Of a stretch of DNA of 64,000 bases, positions 55,501 to 64,000 are shown piece after piece. This stretch comes from a virus (Duplodnaviria; Caudoviricetes), in IMG/VR virus record IMGVR_UViG_2671180089_000001, positions 32,001 through 96,000 of that record. The stretch is one strand, 5' to 3'. Both the position numbers and the translations under genes were made by a program. Numbering within the stretch: the first letter of the stretch is position 1; every line of letters begins with the position of its first letter. The notes under the pieces were generated by a model, which worked only from the letters and a program-made list of their open reading frames with translations, ran no database searches and had not been told where the DNA came from.

Positions 55501-58500
55501 GTGGTGGTGTCGGCGTACTGCAGGGTGACGCGGTCTCCGTCCCGGCTGGGCGGGCTGGTGATCGCAACGGTGGCCAGATGGCCGTCGAGGTCCAGGAGGA
55601 CGACGTCGCCGTCCTTGAGGTCCGCGGCCGCGGGCTCGTCGATGCCGGTCACCGGCGCGGTGTCGGGCGCCTCGTCGCGCACCTCCCCGGTGACACGGAG
55701 GTCCCCGGCGCTGCGGGTGATCGTGCCGTCGGTCGTGGTGATGGTGACGTTGTCGCCGTCGACGTCGTCGACGGGGCCGAGGAGTCCTCCGTCTGTGTCG
55801 CTGACGACGTTCTGGGTCGTCACGCGGTGCCCGTCGGCGGTCCAGCCGTCGGGGCGCTGTCCGTCGGCGACGGACAGGGTGGTGGGCGACAGTGCGGTGT
55901 CGTCGTTGCCGTCGGACCAGTGCACCGACACGGTGGTGTCGGTGGCGCCCGTGACGGTGCCCTCGCGGTCACCGGTCCCCGTGACGGTGCTGCCGGGGAA
56001 CAGGCCGCGGCCGTCGCGGTCCGCCGGGATCTGGTTGGGCAGGTCACCGGAGCGGAGCGCGGCCTGGGCGCCGCTGGCCGGGGAGCCAGGCACGACGTCG
56101 TCCGGTGCTTCCGCGCGTGCCGCGGTGGCGTTGGCGGACGTGTAGACGTTGCCGCTCGCGCCGGTGCCGTCCGAATTCTCCGTGACCCAGGTGCGCCACA
56201 TCTGCTCGGTGCGGCCGCGTCGGGTGACGTCGACCAGTACGGGCGCGGTGTGGACGTAGCCGGCGCGCTGAACCGGCCGACCGCCCTTGGTGGTGCCGCT
56301 CATGCGGACCATGTCGCCCGGCACCAGGTCCTCTACGCGGGCCCAGTGCGCTGGCTGGCCGTCGATCGGCTCGGGGTCCGGTTCGGGCGTGGGCTCGGCC
56401 TGCGGGCGCGGGGTGTCCTCCGGGGCGTTCACCGGCTCGTCCGGCGCCGGGACGGCGGGGGACGGCGCGTTGCTGTCGCCCTGCGGCTCATCGTCGCCGC
56501 GGGGCGGCTGCCGGTCACCATCCGGATCGTTGCCGTGGGGCCGCTGACGGTCGCTCTCCGGATCTCCGAGGCCGTCGAGGAGTCGTCCGGCCCAGTAGGA
56601 GCGGTTCTTGAGTCGGCTGCGCTGTCGCTCTGTTCTCCTGGTGGCGGGCAGGAGATCATGCAGCCGTGCGAAGTCGTCGCGGGCCTGCACCAGGTCGTCC
56701 CGCAGGTTCCCGCTCGGGGACCGATGGTCGCGGAAGGCGTCTAGCAAGGCGGACAGCCGGTCGTGCCGGTCGCGTACCTCGGGGTTATCGAGGAGCGACT
56801 CCGGCAGCTCCCACATCCTGTCTGCCAGGTGCGCAGTAACCGTGCGCCAGACGTCCTCACTCGGGTTCGTGGGGTCCACGGGGCCGTCCCTCAGGGCGCG
56901 AACGACGAGGTTCGCGATGGCCGTGTCACGGCTCTCGGAACGGCTGCTCTGGTCGTTGTCCGGGCCGAAGAACGGTCGTGCGTGCCATACCGAATTCCGG
57001 TTGGGATCCGACCGGTAAACGTTGGAGATGTGGCCAATCTGCTGGCCATCGAGCCACACGGTCTCGCCGTCGCCGACAGGGCGCAGCTCGGCCCGGTCGG
57101 CGAACTCCCGCATTTTGTCGTGGCCGCCGAACCGGAACGTGGCGGCTTCCGCGCTCTCAACATCCCCGGACGGTGCGGGGGCGACGTCGTCGGCCGTGAA
57201 GGTGACCGTGTCTTCGGAATCTCCGGCTTCGTCCGCGCGGCGCTGCTCCTCCTCGTGAAGGTCGCGGGCAGTACGTTCGTTATCGCGGCGCGACTGCTTG
57301 AACTGGTTGAAGGTGAGGCGGCCGCCGTTCGCGTCGAACCAGTCCTGCAGTTCTTCGCTCGCGACGTCCTTCCACCGATCGAACTGGGACATGCTCCCGC
57401 CAGAGAACAGCTCCCGCTCGTCGATCGGTCCGGCCTCGTGCTGTCGGCGGAAGAAGTACCCGTTGGTGGCGGCGATAGCAGCCAGGTAGCGGGCCTCGTC
57501 GATGTCCGCGAACTCGGCGCGCAGGGCACGGTCGGCTTCCCGCTGCCGGTACTGCGTGTACGTGAGCCGGCCGTTTCCGGGGGTCTCGTCGTCGCCGTCG
57601 AACCAGTGGTTCAGTTCCGGCGAGGCGAGTTCCTTCGCACGCTTGTTGCTGTACTTGCCGCCGGAGAACAGGGTCCGCGGGTCGATGCCTTGGGCCTCGG
57701 CCTCGGGGCTGAGCATGCGCCCGCCGGTGGCCTGCATGGCTGCCTGGAAACGCTCCTCGTCGAGGGCGTCGAACTCTCGGCGCAGACCTCCGGGGGTAAC
57801 CGGAGCGGGCTGCGTGACGTCCGTGTCACCGAAGCCGAGCGCCTCGTCCATCAGGCGGCCCTCGCGCTCCGCCTCGTCGGCGTTCGCCGGGGGTGTCTCG
57901 GGCACCGCAGCGCGGATCCGCTCGTCGACGTAGCCATCGCGGCGGTCCATCTCCGCCATGACGCGAAGCTCGTCCTCCGGGCCCAGACCCTGCACGTACG
58001 CGGCCTCGAGCTGGGAGTCGTCCAGGGTGGTGAGGTCCTCGGGCAGGGCAAAGGCACCTGCCCGTTCCTGGTCGTAGTCGTCCTGTACCGCGCGGAGCGC
58101 CTGGGGCAGGTTCCGGCCCTCCCCGTCACGCCAGGCGGCGACACTGGCCGATCGGCCGCCCTCCACGTCCCAGTCGAAGGGGTCGCCGTTGCGGTCGGTG
58201 AGCTCCTCGAAACGTCCGGCGAGTGCCCGCGCCTCCTCGGGGTCATCGGAGGTCAGGGTGATGCCAGGCAGGTTCGTTCCGTTGCGGGCCTGGGCGAAGC
58301 GCCACACGGTGTTGCCGTCGTCCTGCCGCTCCGGGTAGGTCGCCAAGCCGCCATTGGGCGACAGGGCGAGGCCTTCCCTGTCTGCCAGGGCAGACAGGTG
58401 GGCACGACGCTCGGGGGTGTCCTCGCCAGGGGTGAGGCCGTCGCCGGTACGCCACGCGTTGCGCAGGGAGTCCACGTCGCGGTGACGGGCGCGGGGACGC

Positions 58501-61500
58501 GGGGAGCGGCCGCGGCCGTTCGCGGCGTCGCCGTCTCCGTGACCACCGTTTCCGTCGCCACCGTCTCCGCCTCCGGCGCCGTCCGGGGCGTTGAAGTCGG
58601 GCAGGCGCAGGCGCGGCAGTCCCGGTCCACCCGGTCCGCCCGGTCCGCCCCCGCCGGGTCCTCCGTTGCCGCCCCTGCGGTTACGGCGGCGCCGACGCCG
58701 GCGGCGCCGCTCGTCCTCGCTCTCCTCGTCCCCCTCGTCGGTGTCGTCCTCGTCCTCGGGGACGTCCTGGTCGTCGTCTCCGCCTTCGGGGCCGTCGGCG
58801 TCGTCGCCCTGGTCGCCGTTCGAGTCGCCGCCGTCGCCCGGTGCCCCGGGCGCGCCCGCCCCTCCGGTGTCGGGTTCGCCGTCGGGGTCGGTGGCATCTC
58901 CGTCCGGATCCGCGTCACGGCGCTGACGGCGGCTTTCCTCGTCGCCCTGGCGCTGCGCGTCCTCGCCCTGGTCGTCCTCGCCCTCCGGGGCCTGGTCCTC
59001 GTCCTGGCCGTTCTGCTGGTCGTCGTCCTCGCTGTCCGGGGTGCTGGTCGTATCGTTCCGGTCACTGTTGGACTCGCCGTCGGGGCCGTTGCCGTCGTCG
59101 TCCTGGCGCTCGTCGTCGCCGAGGCGTTCGTCGCGGTCGTCCTGCTCGCCGCGCGCGATGCGGGCCGCGCGTCGGAACCGATCGGCTGCAAGCTCGCCCT
59201 GCGGCCCGGCGAGCTCGTACTGCTCGGCGAGCGCGTCCATGCGGTCAGCGACGTCGCGGAGCTCCGCGTCCCGGTCGTCGGCCGAGTCGGCGCGGCCCAG
59301 GCGGTCGTCGAGCTCCTGCATCTCCGGCAGCGAGTCGCCGCCCACGGCGTTCATGCCCTCGCCGAACAGACCCCTGGCACGGTGGGCACGGTCCTCGTCG
59401 GGAGCGCTCGGCGCGTCCGGGGTCGGGGCGTCCGGGTCCGGCGCGTCCGGGCCGTTGGTGTCCCCGCCGGTGTTCTGAAAGTCCGGATACCGAAGGTCGC
59501 GTTCGGCCTTCATCCGGGCTGCGGTGGCCCAGGACCTGGTTCTGCGCGTCTCGTACGGCAGCTCAAGGTCCGGGTCGTCGAACTGGCTCTCCAGCCACGC
59601 GGCCTCGTCACGGATCTGGCGGAGGTCACCCTGCAGATCGTCCGTCTCACCCCGGCTGACGCGCTGGATGAGGTCCTGCAGACGCTGGATGCGCTCCGGG
59701 TCCTGGAGGCCTTCCCTGCGCTGCAGGGTGGCGACGTCGTCGCCGATGTCGGCCATGCGAGTTCGAAGTTCGTGTCGCCACGCCGGGGTCGGCTCGGGAC
59801 GCGTGCGGTCGTTGGCCCAGGCGAAGGTGTCGCCGGGGTGGCTCAGGAAGACAGGGCTGATGCTGGAGCGGGAGCCGTCGAGGTTGGAGACGGACAGGAC
59901 CATCGTCCCGTTGTCGTTCCGGTTCACGCTGTTCACGCGGACCGGCTGCCTCCAGCCGACGGGGTAAGGGCGGCCGTTGCCGTCCTGCCTGGTGACCGGC
60001 ACGCGGATGATGTCGTTCTCAGCCACGTCGCCACGATCGCCGAGGGCCCATCCTTCGGGGGCCGCGCTGCGGGCCCGCTCCCGCCGGGCGTCCTCGTCGG
60101 CGTTCTCGCGGCGGACGTCGCGGTTGCGGACGAGCGCGGCCACGGCCTCCGCGCGGCTCGGGTAGTGGTCGGGGGAACCCTGGCCGTCAGCGTTGGTGTA
60201 CCGCCACTTGCGGGCGAGCTGGCCGACGGTGCCGGCGTCCTTGCCGTCGACGGTCACCGGGTATGCGCCGTCCTCGTTTCGCTTGCCGATCTCGGCGCGC
60301 GCGAGTGCTTCGGTGCGCTCCTGCTTCTTCTTCTCCTTCTCCTCTCGGTCTCGGCGGGTGTTGTCGCGGTTGCGCTGTTCCTCGTTCAGTACGTGGCGGC
60401 GGTTGGCGACAGGGGAGAGCGCGACCACGGCATTGCCCTGGATGCGTGGTCCTTCCCCGTTGCTGGAGACGTGCCGGCTCTGCCACGCCTGCAGTTCCTC
60501 GAGTTCCTCCTTGATGTCGTCGTCGGTCATGTCCGCCGGCGACGTCTCACGGATGGGGGCGTCGGGCGCGGTACGGGGCGCCTCCGGCGCGCTTGAGGCG
60601 TCGGGAGCGCCCGGGGCGGCCGCGGCTTCGGGACTCTCGGGGGTAGGAGCGACTTCGGGGCTGTCCGGGGCGCCGTGGGCGAAGAGGTCCGGCGTGCCAA
60701 GCTCGTCGTCCGGCCGGGGCCGGTTCTGATCTTGGTGCGCGGTCGGGCGTTCGTCCTGCCCGAAGTCGTCCGGGCGCATCTGGCGCCAGTCCATGCCACC
60801 ACCGGCCTCGGAGCGGTCCGGCTCCGGCACGGTGCCGGGCTTGGACGCTCCGAACGTGGCGTCGGTCCGGGGCACATCGAGCTCGACGTCCTCGCCGTCA
60901 CGGCTGCCGGTGATGTGGAGATGGCCCATGTCACCGCGGCGGATCTCGGAGACCTGGAGCGGCTCCGACCAGCCGGTCACGGTGCGAACGCGGGCGCCCT
61001 CCAGGCGTCCGAGCTCGGGCACGCGGATGGTGTCGCCCGGCTGGACGTCGTCCCATGCCGAGTGTTTCCAGTCCTCCCCGGCACGCTGGTTCCGCCGGTC
61101 GGTGAGCTTGTTGAGGGCGGTGATGGCGGCTGCGCGGCTCGTGTACTTCTCGCTGGTCGGGGTGCGTCCGTCGCGGTCGACGAACACCCACTTCCCCTTC
61201 GTGTCCTTGTAGACGGCGCCGATGAGCGTGCCGTCGCGGCCCTGGACCTGTTCACCCTTGAGGCGGGCGAGGCGGGCGGGGTCGCGGACGAGACCGGCTC
61301 GCTCACGGCGGCTTACCTCGTCGCGGTGACGGGCGAAAGTCCGCTCGGACTGGGCATCGTTCAGGGCACGGATACGGGCGGTGACCTGGCGGCGCACGGC
61401 GCGGGCCGCCGGGTCGTTGCCCTCGGGCAGGGTGGCGCCGCGCAGGTGGGCGAGCTCCGCGGTGATCTGCTCGTCCCGCATGCTCTTGGGGTCGTCGGCA

Positions 61501-64000
61501 CCCGGGCGGGGCGTGCCGTCGTCGGCCGGGGCGTCGAACATCGTGCGGATCTCGCCGCCGCGGCGGCGGGCGAGGACGCTGTCGTACGGCGTGGAACCGC
61601 GGCTTTGCAGGCGAAGGTTCTTCGGCCCGATCGAGTCGACCGTGTCCCACTGGTGGCCGGTCCACACCTCGTCGCCGGGCTGAAAGTCCGTGGTGGCCCA
61701 GGTACCGGCCGGCGCGTAGTGCCGGTCCTTGAGCCGCTCGAGCTGCTCCGGGGTCAGCTCCGGCTTCTCGGAGTCGTCCTGCGGCGCGTGGTAGTCGAGA
61801 CCCTGACGGTCAAGCCACTCCTTGAGCTGACGCACCTTGTCCTCACGGCGTGACAGCGTCATGTTGCTGGGCAGGTAGAAGAACCGCGGCTGGCTCCTGT
61901 CCCTGCTGGCCTTGAACCCGAGGCGGCGCAGCACCGCGAACTCTTCGTCGCTGACCGTGCCGTTCGGTGTGGGGAAGCGGACGGTAGTGCCGGTGCCGCT
62001 GTGGTCGATCTGGACCTGGTCCGGGGTCGGTGCCGAGGCGGGGGACGGTTCCTCTTCCGGCCCGTTCTGGTCTGGCGCGTTCGTGTCCCGGTCGTTCGGA
62101 GCGTCCGGTGCCGGGGTGTCGGCCTCCGGGGTGTCCGGCGCTGACGGCTCGCTGTCCGCCGTGTTCGCGGACGGGCTGTCGCCCTCCGGCACCTCGGGTG
62201 CGTCCTCGGCAGGGTGCAGGACACGAAGTTCCTTATCCGGCGCGAGGAAGTGCTCCCCTCCGTCCTCGTCGACGACGCGAATACGGCCCCGCGAGGTCCG
62301 CAGCGGCGGCTCCTTCACTGTGTGCGTACGCCCGTCGGTGTCGACGAACCGGTCCCCGACTTGGAAGTCGGCCGGCTTGCGGGACTGCACGGGACGCAGC
62401 TTGCTGGTGTCGCGGCCCTCAGCGGCAGCGAACATGTCCGGCGTGCCGAAGGCATCGTCGGCCTGGTCGTCCGGGTTGTCCGGATCGGCTACGAATCGCT
62501 GTTGCTCGTCCGGGCTGACGTCGAACAGGCCGCCGGGCTCCTCGGCAGGTTCCTTCGGCTTGGGCTTCGGCTCCTGCTTCGGCGTACGGCCGGCGCGGCG
62601 AGCCTCCTCCGCCTCGAGGACTCGCAGGCGGGTGCGATCAACGCCGGACAGGTCGCCGCCGTTCGCCATCTCCCGCTCCATCAGGGAAACGATCTCGTCG
62701 CGGATCTCGTCGTCGTTCATGGCTGACGGGGCCTTGGCGGCGCGGGCTGCGGCCGCGGGCGCGTTGACCTCATCAGGGCTCAAGATGACCCCACCGTCGT
62801 CGCCCTGTCCGCTGGGCTTCGCGCCAGGGGCGTCAGCGGGCGGCGAGTCCACGTCGCCCCTGCTGTTGTCGGGAGCATTCGCGTCTGGGGCGTCGGCGCG
62901 CCTCTCCTCGCGGTTGCGCTGCAGCGTTGCCGCAGCCTCATCGACGCGCTTGGTGTAGTTGTTGTACGCCCGGATTTCCTTCGGGTTGGACTCCTGCCCT
63001 TCGCCTCCCGCAAGCGTCCACGCCCACTCGAGGAGCGCGCGGTGCGTCTCGATCGGCGCGGTCACCTTGAGCGTGCCGTTACGACGCCTTGTGGCCTCGG
63101 TGAGGGCCTTCCGCGTATCCGGGTCCTCCATGGCCGCGGTCTCGTCGACGCTCAGAAAGTCGGCGAGAGCTTCCGGCATGGTCAGCGTGACAAGGCCCTC
63201 AGGGTCGTCCCAGTTATGCCTCAGCGGCTCATCGGACGGGTCCTGGTCCGCGGGATGGTTCACGTCCGGGGCCTCGGGCTTCGGCGCGTTCGCCTCCGCC
63301 TCCCACTCCTGGCGGGTCCGCTTGATGACGGTCTGGATGTTCTCGCCCTTGGCAGAGCGCCAGGTGCTGGCAGTTTCGTCGAGATCGGGTGCGGAGAAGT
63401 CGAATCCGCCGTCCGTGCTGGGGGATCCGCCGGTGTTGCGGTTGAGCTGCCGGGCGAACTCGCGGGCTTCGTCCGGGGTGGCAAAGTCGCCGGCCGCGTC
63501 CATGCGCTGTCCGGTGCCGGTGGCAGTGAGGTACCAGCGGCCGGTGGAGTCGTCCTGGAGGGCGATCAGGCGACTGTCGTGGGTGACCTCGAGGTGGTCG
63601 TCGTCGCCCGCAACGGACCGCAGGAACTGCGCCATCTGTGGCTTCTGGCCGGGCCGGTCGGCGAGGTCGAGGAAGTGCTGGCGGACCGCAGCGGTGTCAC
63701 GGAACCGGCCAGGACCGTGGCGCCGGTTGGGCAGAGCGCGCACGTTGACGGGCAGCTTGCCGTCCTCGGGCTCGTCCCGGTCGTCGTCGTCCTCGGGCCC
63801 GGCGGGGTCGTCGTCGTCCCCGATCGGGCGGCCGCGGTCGTCGGCGTCGTGCGGGTCGTTAGGGGTGTCCGGGTCGCCGTCGTCGTCCCGGGCAACGCCG
63901 TTGCCGCGCCGCGGGTCGCTGACCCGCTTCTCGTCCTCCTCCTGGACCTTGTTCTCGCTGTCGGTCGGTGCGGAGCCGTCCGGCCGGGCCACCATGGACA
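52521..64000 (-). CDS. giant (>3824 aa) multidomain phage protein, probably virion-associated / polyvalent; likely 5' truncated
   Basis: Uninterrupted ORF open to the window edge; repeated small domains separated by acidic/Pro linkers; sits at the start of the head module. Confidence 0.85.
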   Translation of the reverse strand, partial: SMVARPDGSAPTDSENKVQEEDEKRVSDPRRGNGVARDDDGDPDTPNDPHDADDRGRPIGDDDDPAGPEDDDDRDEPEDGKLPVNVRALPNRRHGPGRFRDTAAVRQHFLDLADRPGQKPQMAQFLRSVAGDDDHLEVTHDSRLIALQDDSTGRWYLTATGTGQRMDAAGDFATPDEAREFARQLNRNTGGSPSTDGGFDFSAPDLDETASTWRSAKGENIQTVIKRTRQEWEAEANAPKPEAPDVNHPADQDPSDEPLRHNWDDPEGLVTLTMPEALADFLSVDETAAMEDPDTRKALTEATRRRNGTLKVTAPIETHRALLEWAWTLAGGEGQESNPKEIRAYNNYTKRVDEAAATLQRNREERRADAPDANAPDNSRGDVDSPPADAPGAKPSGQGDDGGVILSPDEVNAPAAAARAAKAPSAMNDDEIRDEIVSLMEREMANGGDLSGVDRTRLRVLEAEEARRAGRTPKQEPKPKPKEPAEEPGGLFDVSPDEQQRFVADPDNPDDQADDAFGTPDMFAAAEGRDTSKLRPVQSRKPADFQVGDRFVDTDGRTHTVKEPPLRTSRGRIRVVDEDGGEHFLAPDKELRVLHPAEDAPEVPEGDSPSANTADSEPSAPDTPEADTPAPDAPNDRDTNAPDQNGPEEEPSPASAPTPDQVQIDHSGTGTTVRFPTPNGTVSDEEFAVLRRLGFKASRDRSQPRFFYLPSNMTLSRREDKVRQLKEWLDRQGLDYHAPQDDSEKPELTPEQLERLKDRHYAPAGTWATTDFQPGDEVWTGHQWDTVDSIGPKNLRLQSRGSTPYDSVLARRRGGEIRTMFDAPADDGTPRPGADDPKSMRDEQITAELAHLRGATLPEGNDPAARAVRRQVTARIRALNDAQSERTFARHRDEVSRRERAGLVRDPARLARLKGEQVQGRDGTLIGAVYKDTKGKWVFVDRDGRTPTSEKYTSRAAAITALNKLTDRRNQRAGEDWKHSAWDDVQPGDTIRVPELGRLEGARVRTVTGWSEPLQVSEIRRGDMGHLHITGSRDGEDVELDVPRTDATFGASKPGTVPEPDRSEAGGGMDWRQMRPDDFGQDERPTAHQDQNRPRPDDELGTPDLFAHGAPDSPEVAPTPESPEAAAAPGAPDASSAPEAPRTAPDAPIRETSPADMTDDDIKEELEELQAWQSRHVSSNGEGPRIQGNAVVALSPVANRRHVLNEEQRNRDNTRRDREEKEKKKQERTEALARAEIGKRNEDGAYPVTVDGKDAGTVGQLARKWRYTNADGQGSPDHYPSRAEAVAALVRNRDVRRENADEDARRERARSAAPEGWALGDRGDVAENDIIRVPVTRQDGNGRPYPVGWRQPVRVNSVNRNDNGTMVLSVSNLDGSRSSISPVFLSHPGDTFAWANDRTRPEPTPAWRHELRTRMADIGDDVATLQRREGLQDPERIQRLQDLIQRVSRGETDDLQGDLRQIRDEAAWLESQFDDPDLELPYETRRTRSWATAARMKAERDLRYPDFQNTGGDTNGPDAPDPDAPTPDAPSAPDEDRAHRARGLFGEGMNAVGGDSLPEMQELDDRLGRADSADDRDAELRDVADRMDALAEQYELAGPQGELAADRFRRAARIARGEQDDRDERLGDDERQDDDGNGPDGESNSDRNDTTSTPDSEDDDQQNGQDEDQAPEGEDDQGEDAQRQGDEESRRQRRDADPDGDATDPDGEPDTGGAGAPGAPGDGGDSNGDQGDDADGPEGGDDDQDVPEDEDDTDEGDEESEDERRRRRRRRRNRRGGNGGPGGGGPGGPGGPGLPRLRLPDFNAPDGAGGGDGGDGNGGHGDGDAANGRGRSPRPRARHRDVDSLRNAWRTGDGLTPGEDTPERRAHLSALADREGLALSPNGGLATYPERQDDGNTVWRFAQARNGTNLPGITLTSDDPEEARALAGRFEELTDRNGDPFDWDVEGGRSASVAAWRDGEGRNLPQALRAVQDDYDQERAGAFALPEDLTTLDDSQLEAAYVQGLGPEDELRVMAEMDRRDGYVDERIRAAVPETPPANADEAEREGRLMDEALGFGDTDVTQPAPVTPGGLRREFDALDEERFQAAMQATGGRMLSPEAEAQGIDPRTLFSGGKYSNKRAKELASPELNHWFDGDDETPGNGRLTYTQYRQREADRALRAEFADIDEARYLAAIAATNGYFFRRQHEAGPIDERELFSGGSMSQFDRWKDVASEELQDWFDANGGRLTFNQFKQSRRDNERTARDLHEEEQRRADEAGDSEDTVTFTADDVAPAPSGDVESAEAATFRFGGHDKMREFADRAELRPVGDGETVWLDGQQIGHISNVYRSDPNRNSVWHARPFFGPDNDQSSRSESRDTAIANLVVRALRDGPVDPTNPSEDVWRTVTAHLADRMWELPESLLDNPEVRDRHDRLSALLDAFRDHRSPSGNLRDDLVQARDDFARLHDLLPATRRTERQRSRLKNRSYWAGRLLDGLGDPESDRQRPHGNDPDGDRQPPRGDDEPQGDSNAPSPAVPAPDEPVNAPEDTPRPQAEPTPEPDPEPIDGQPAHWARVEDLVPGDMVRMSGTTKGGRPVQRAGYVHTAPVLVDVTRRGRTEQMWRTWVTENSDGTGASGNVYTSANATAARAEAPDDVVPGSPASGAQAALRSGDLPNQIPADRDGRGLFPGSTVTGTGDREGTVTGATDTTVSVHWSDGNDDTALSPTTLSVADGQRPDGWTADGHRVTTQNVVSDTDGGLLGPVDDVDGDNVTITTTDGTITRSAGDLRVTGEVRDEAPDTAPVTGIDEPAAADLKDGDVVLLDLDGHLATVAITSPPSRDGDRVTLQYADTTTGEMGEINVDARAILPRAQGPDGGAPDLGPDDAPEPDEDLTVHPAPRRVDPVTGPTLDPDLDSSDRNLIGDHADGPEDDPDAQQAAVRITADLPVTREQAAALAAQLRAAADPTTVEGRAALRAADHLDRAAGRTPPAGLDRPRPANAAQIGEGDLVAMPDERRGDQMRVFRVIDVENGPGGVRSFLLEDEDQQWRRRVVHGAMPVWQLPEAEPDPVNPPDVDDADGAPDAEGGPGPNPPGGPVRRVGSDPAAAPTTPVAPTTPDPAATPDEPTAPIAHVRPGSLRVGDVIDAPVSRTGYQFNGHRRLTIISEPHRNGWWMQLTGMDEDGNVHDFGLHSGRAVNVYDRNRPTPALPPAGVPRDPNQAAQGDVDRIVSDHGRALAARIIDEAIAGTEPPGDIHALRDQIAQRLTAEALRDARQAVRGDGSAALDATGLTGRDRGAAQRRLRDARNQAHADTVRAALRTINDLEPLDGESNEDLAARARDLLRLIPDQIAGRPSTTDPDADPDVTTAVTGHADDAVNALLQQLQAAGVDPGDAERLARILTQQMAGSRQATARRIAAQVAAANPDAGRQPGLLARIVAFLVRMAKRLAELVKAGARKIAEKYRSSRERLRRLRAFLGRMVRRVRELPESRRLARLHRAVNLPDADGDSLAARISHWAGLMPEPGRFGQSQRRVTFWRPTTWGQLAAGRLPDRSDRVQWAPDRAADGGPGLTTLRHMAALRAAGNDVDQDVTRRLSAVLGDDFGDDPHATLQHADDYVAASERRVVNLQAARSGATIPDDEDLEIEITAARSELASARREYEDLRARYAAAVPDAVAAALADVRDMGPDGANAIVFGPGTDPDAERAVRGVQRLIPRAWLNTPEARRMTALNGNQGRYEPEGQRVTVADLADEGLGTAGHALAQHFARHLGDLDAAQRAFWFGQTHTGRPGARRMRPSAIDRLLRRQQTQPETGDTLARSVQAMFNGDWYQDDDLRAFLLGLMATR

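Larger units (their letters stand above)
1..64000. mobile_element. Actinobacterial (Streptomyces-like) siphovirus phage-plasmid / extrachromosomal prophage, partial
   Basis: Capsid, protease, tail, tape measure and lysis genes occur together with ParA partition, RepL-like and DnaC-type replication genes and a DUF2637/Spd-like gene. No integrase and no host housekeeping genes are seen. Confidence 0.85.

Noticed and set aside
56763-60596. 1277-aa plus-strand ORF (also 53946-56744)
   Set aside because: Antisense shadow of the giant gene; long stop-free reverse frames are expected at this GC content.
1-64000. Integrase, portal, large terminase and TraB genes
   Set aside because: No matching motifs found in the window; they may lie outside it, so their absence from the element cannot be claimed.

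Overview
This is a very GC-rich, Streptomyces-type sequence that reads as a large part of a temperate siphovirus phage-plasmid. It carries plasmid-style partition genes (ParA plus an atypical partner and three palindromic candidate parS sites) and two apparent replication modules, and no integrase is visible. Bases 1-15200 hold accessory genes: the 3' end of a DpdA/TGT-like gene, an XRE - HEXXH peptidase - MAB_1171c-type membrane protein - PAP2-like - cis-prenyltransferase cassette, RepL-like genes, and a BldN-like ECF sigma factor with an RsbN-like partner. Bases 18600-25200 hold an early replication/recombination block, followed by a strongly GCGCGC-rich noncoding tract. The minus strand carries the late genes: a >3800 aa giant protein (5'-truncated), an Rmf-like protein, a prohead protease-NUDIX fusion, an HK97 capsid, a metallophosphoesterase, a DNA methyltransferase, neck and tail genes with a lambda-type GGGAAAG -1 frameshift, tape measure, tail tip/fibre, holin, endolysin, SSB and a probable small terminase. 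The strongest unannotated signal is a fixed-spacing promoter motif, CGAC-RYWA-N15-NANNNT, found upstream of about 14 late transcription units and resembling the Streptomyces WhiA GACAC motif. Together with the BldN/RsbN-like pair and a TTA codon, it suggests virion production may be coupled to host development. Portal and large terminase genes are not in this window. All product calls come from motif recognition by eye, with no database searches, and many starts were re-chosen by hand.
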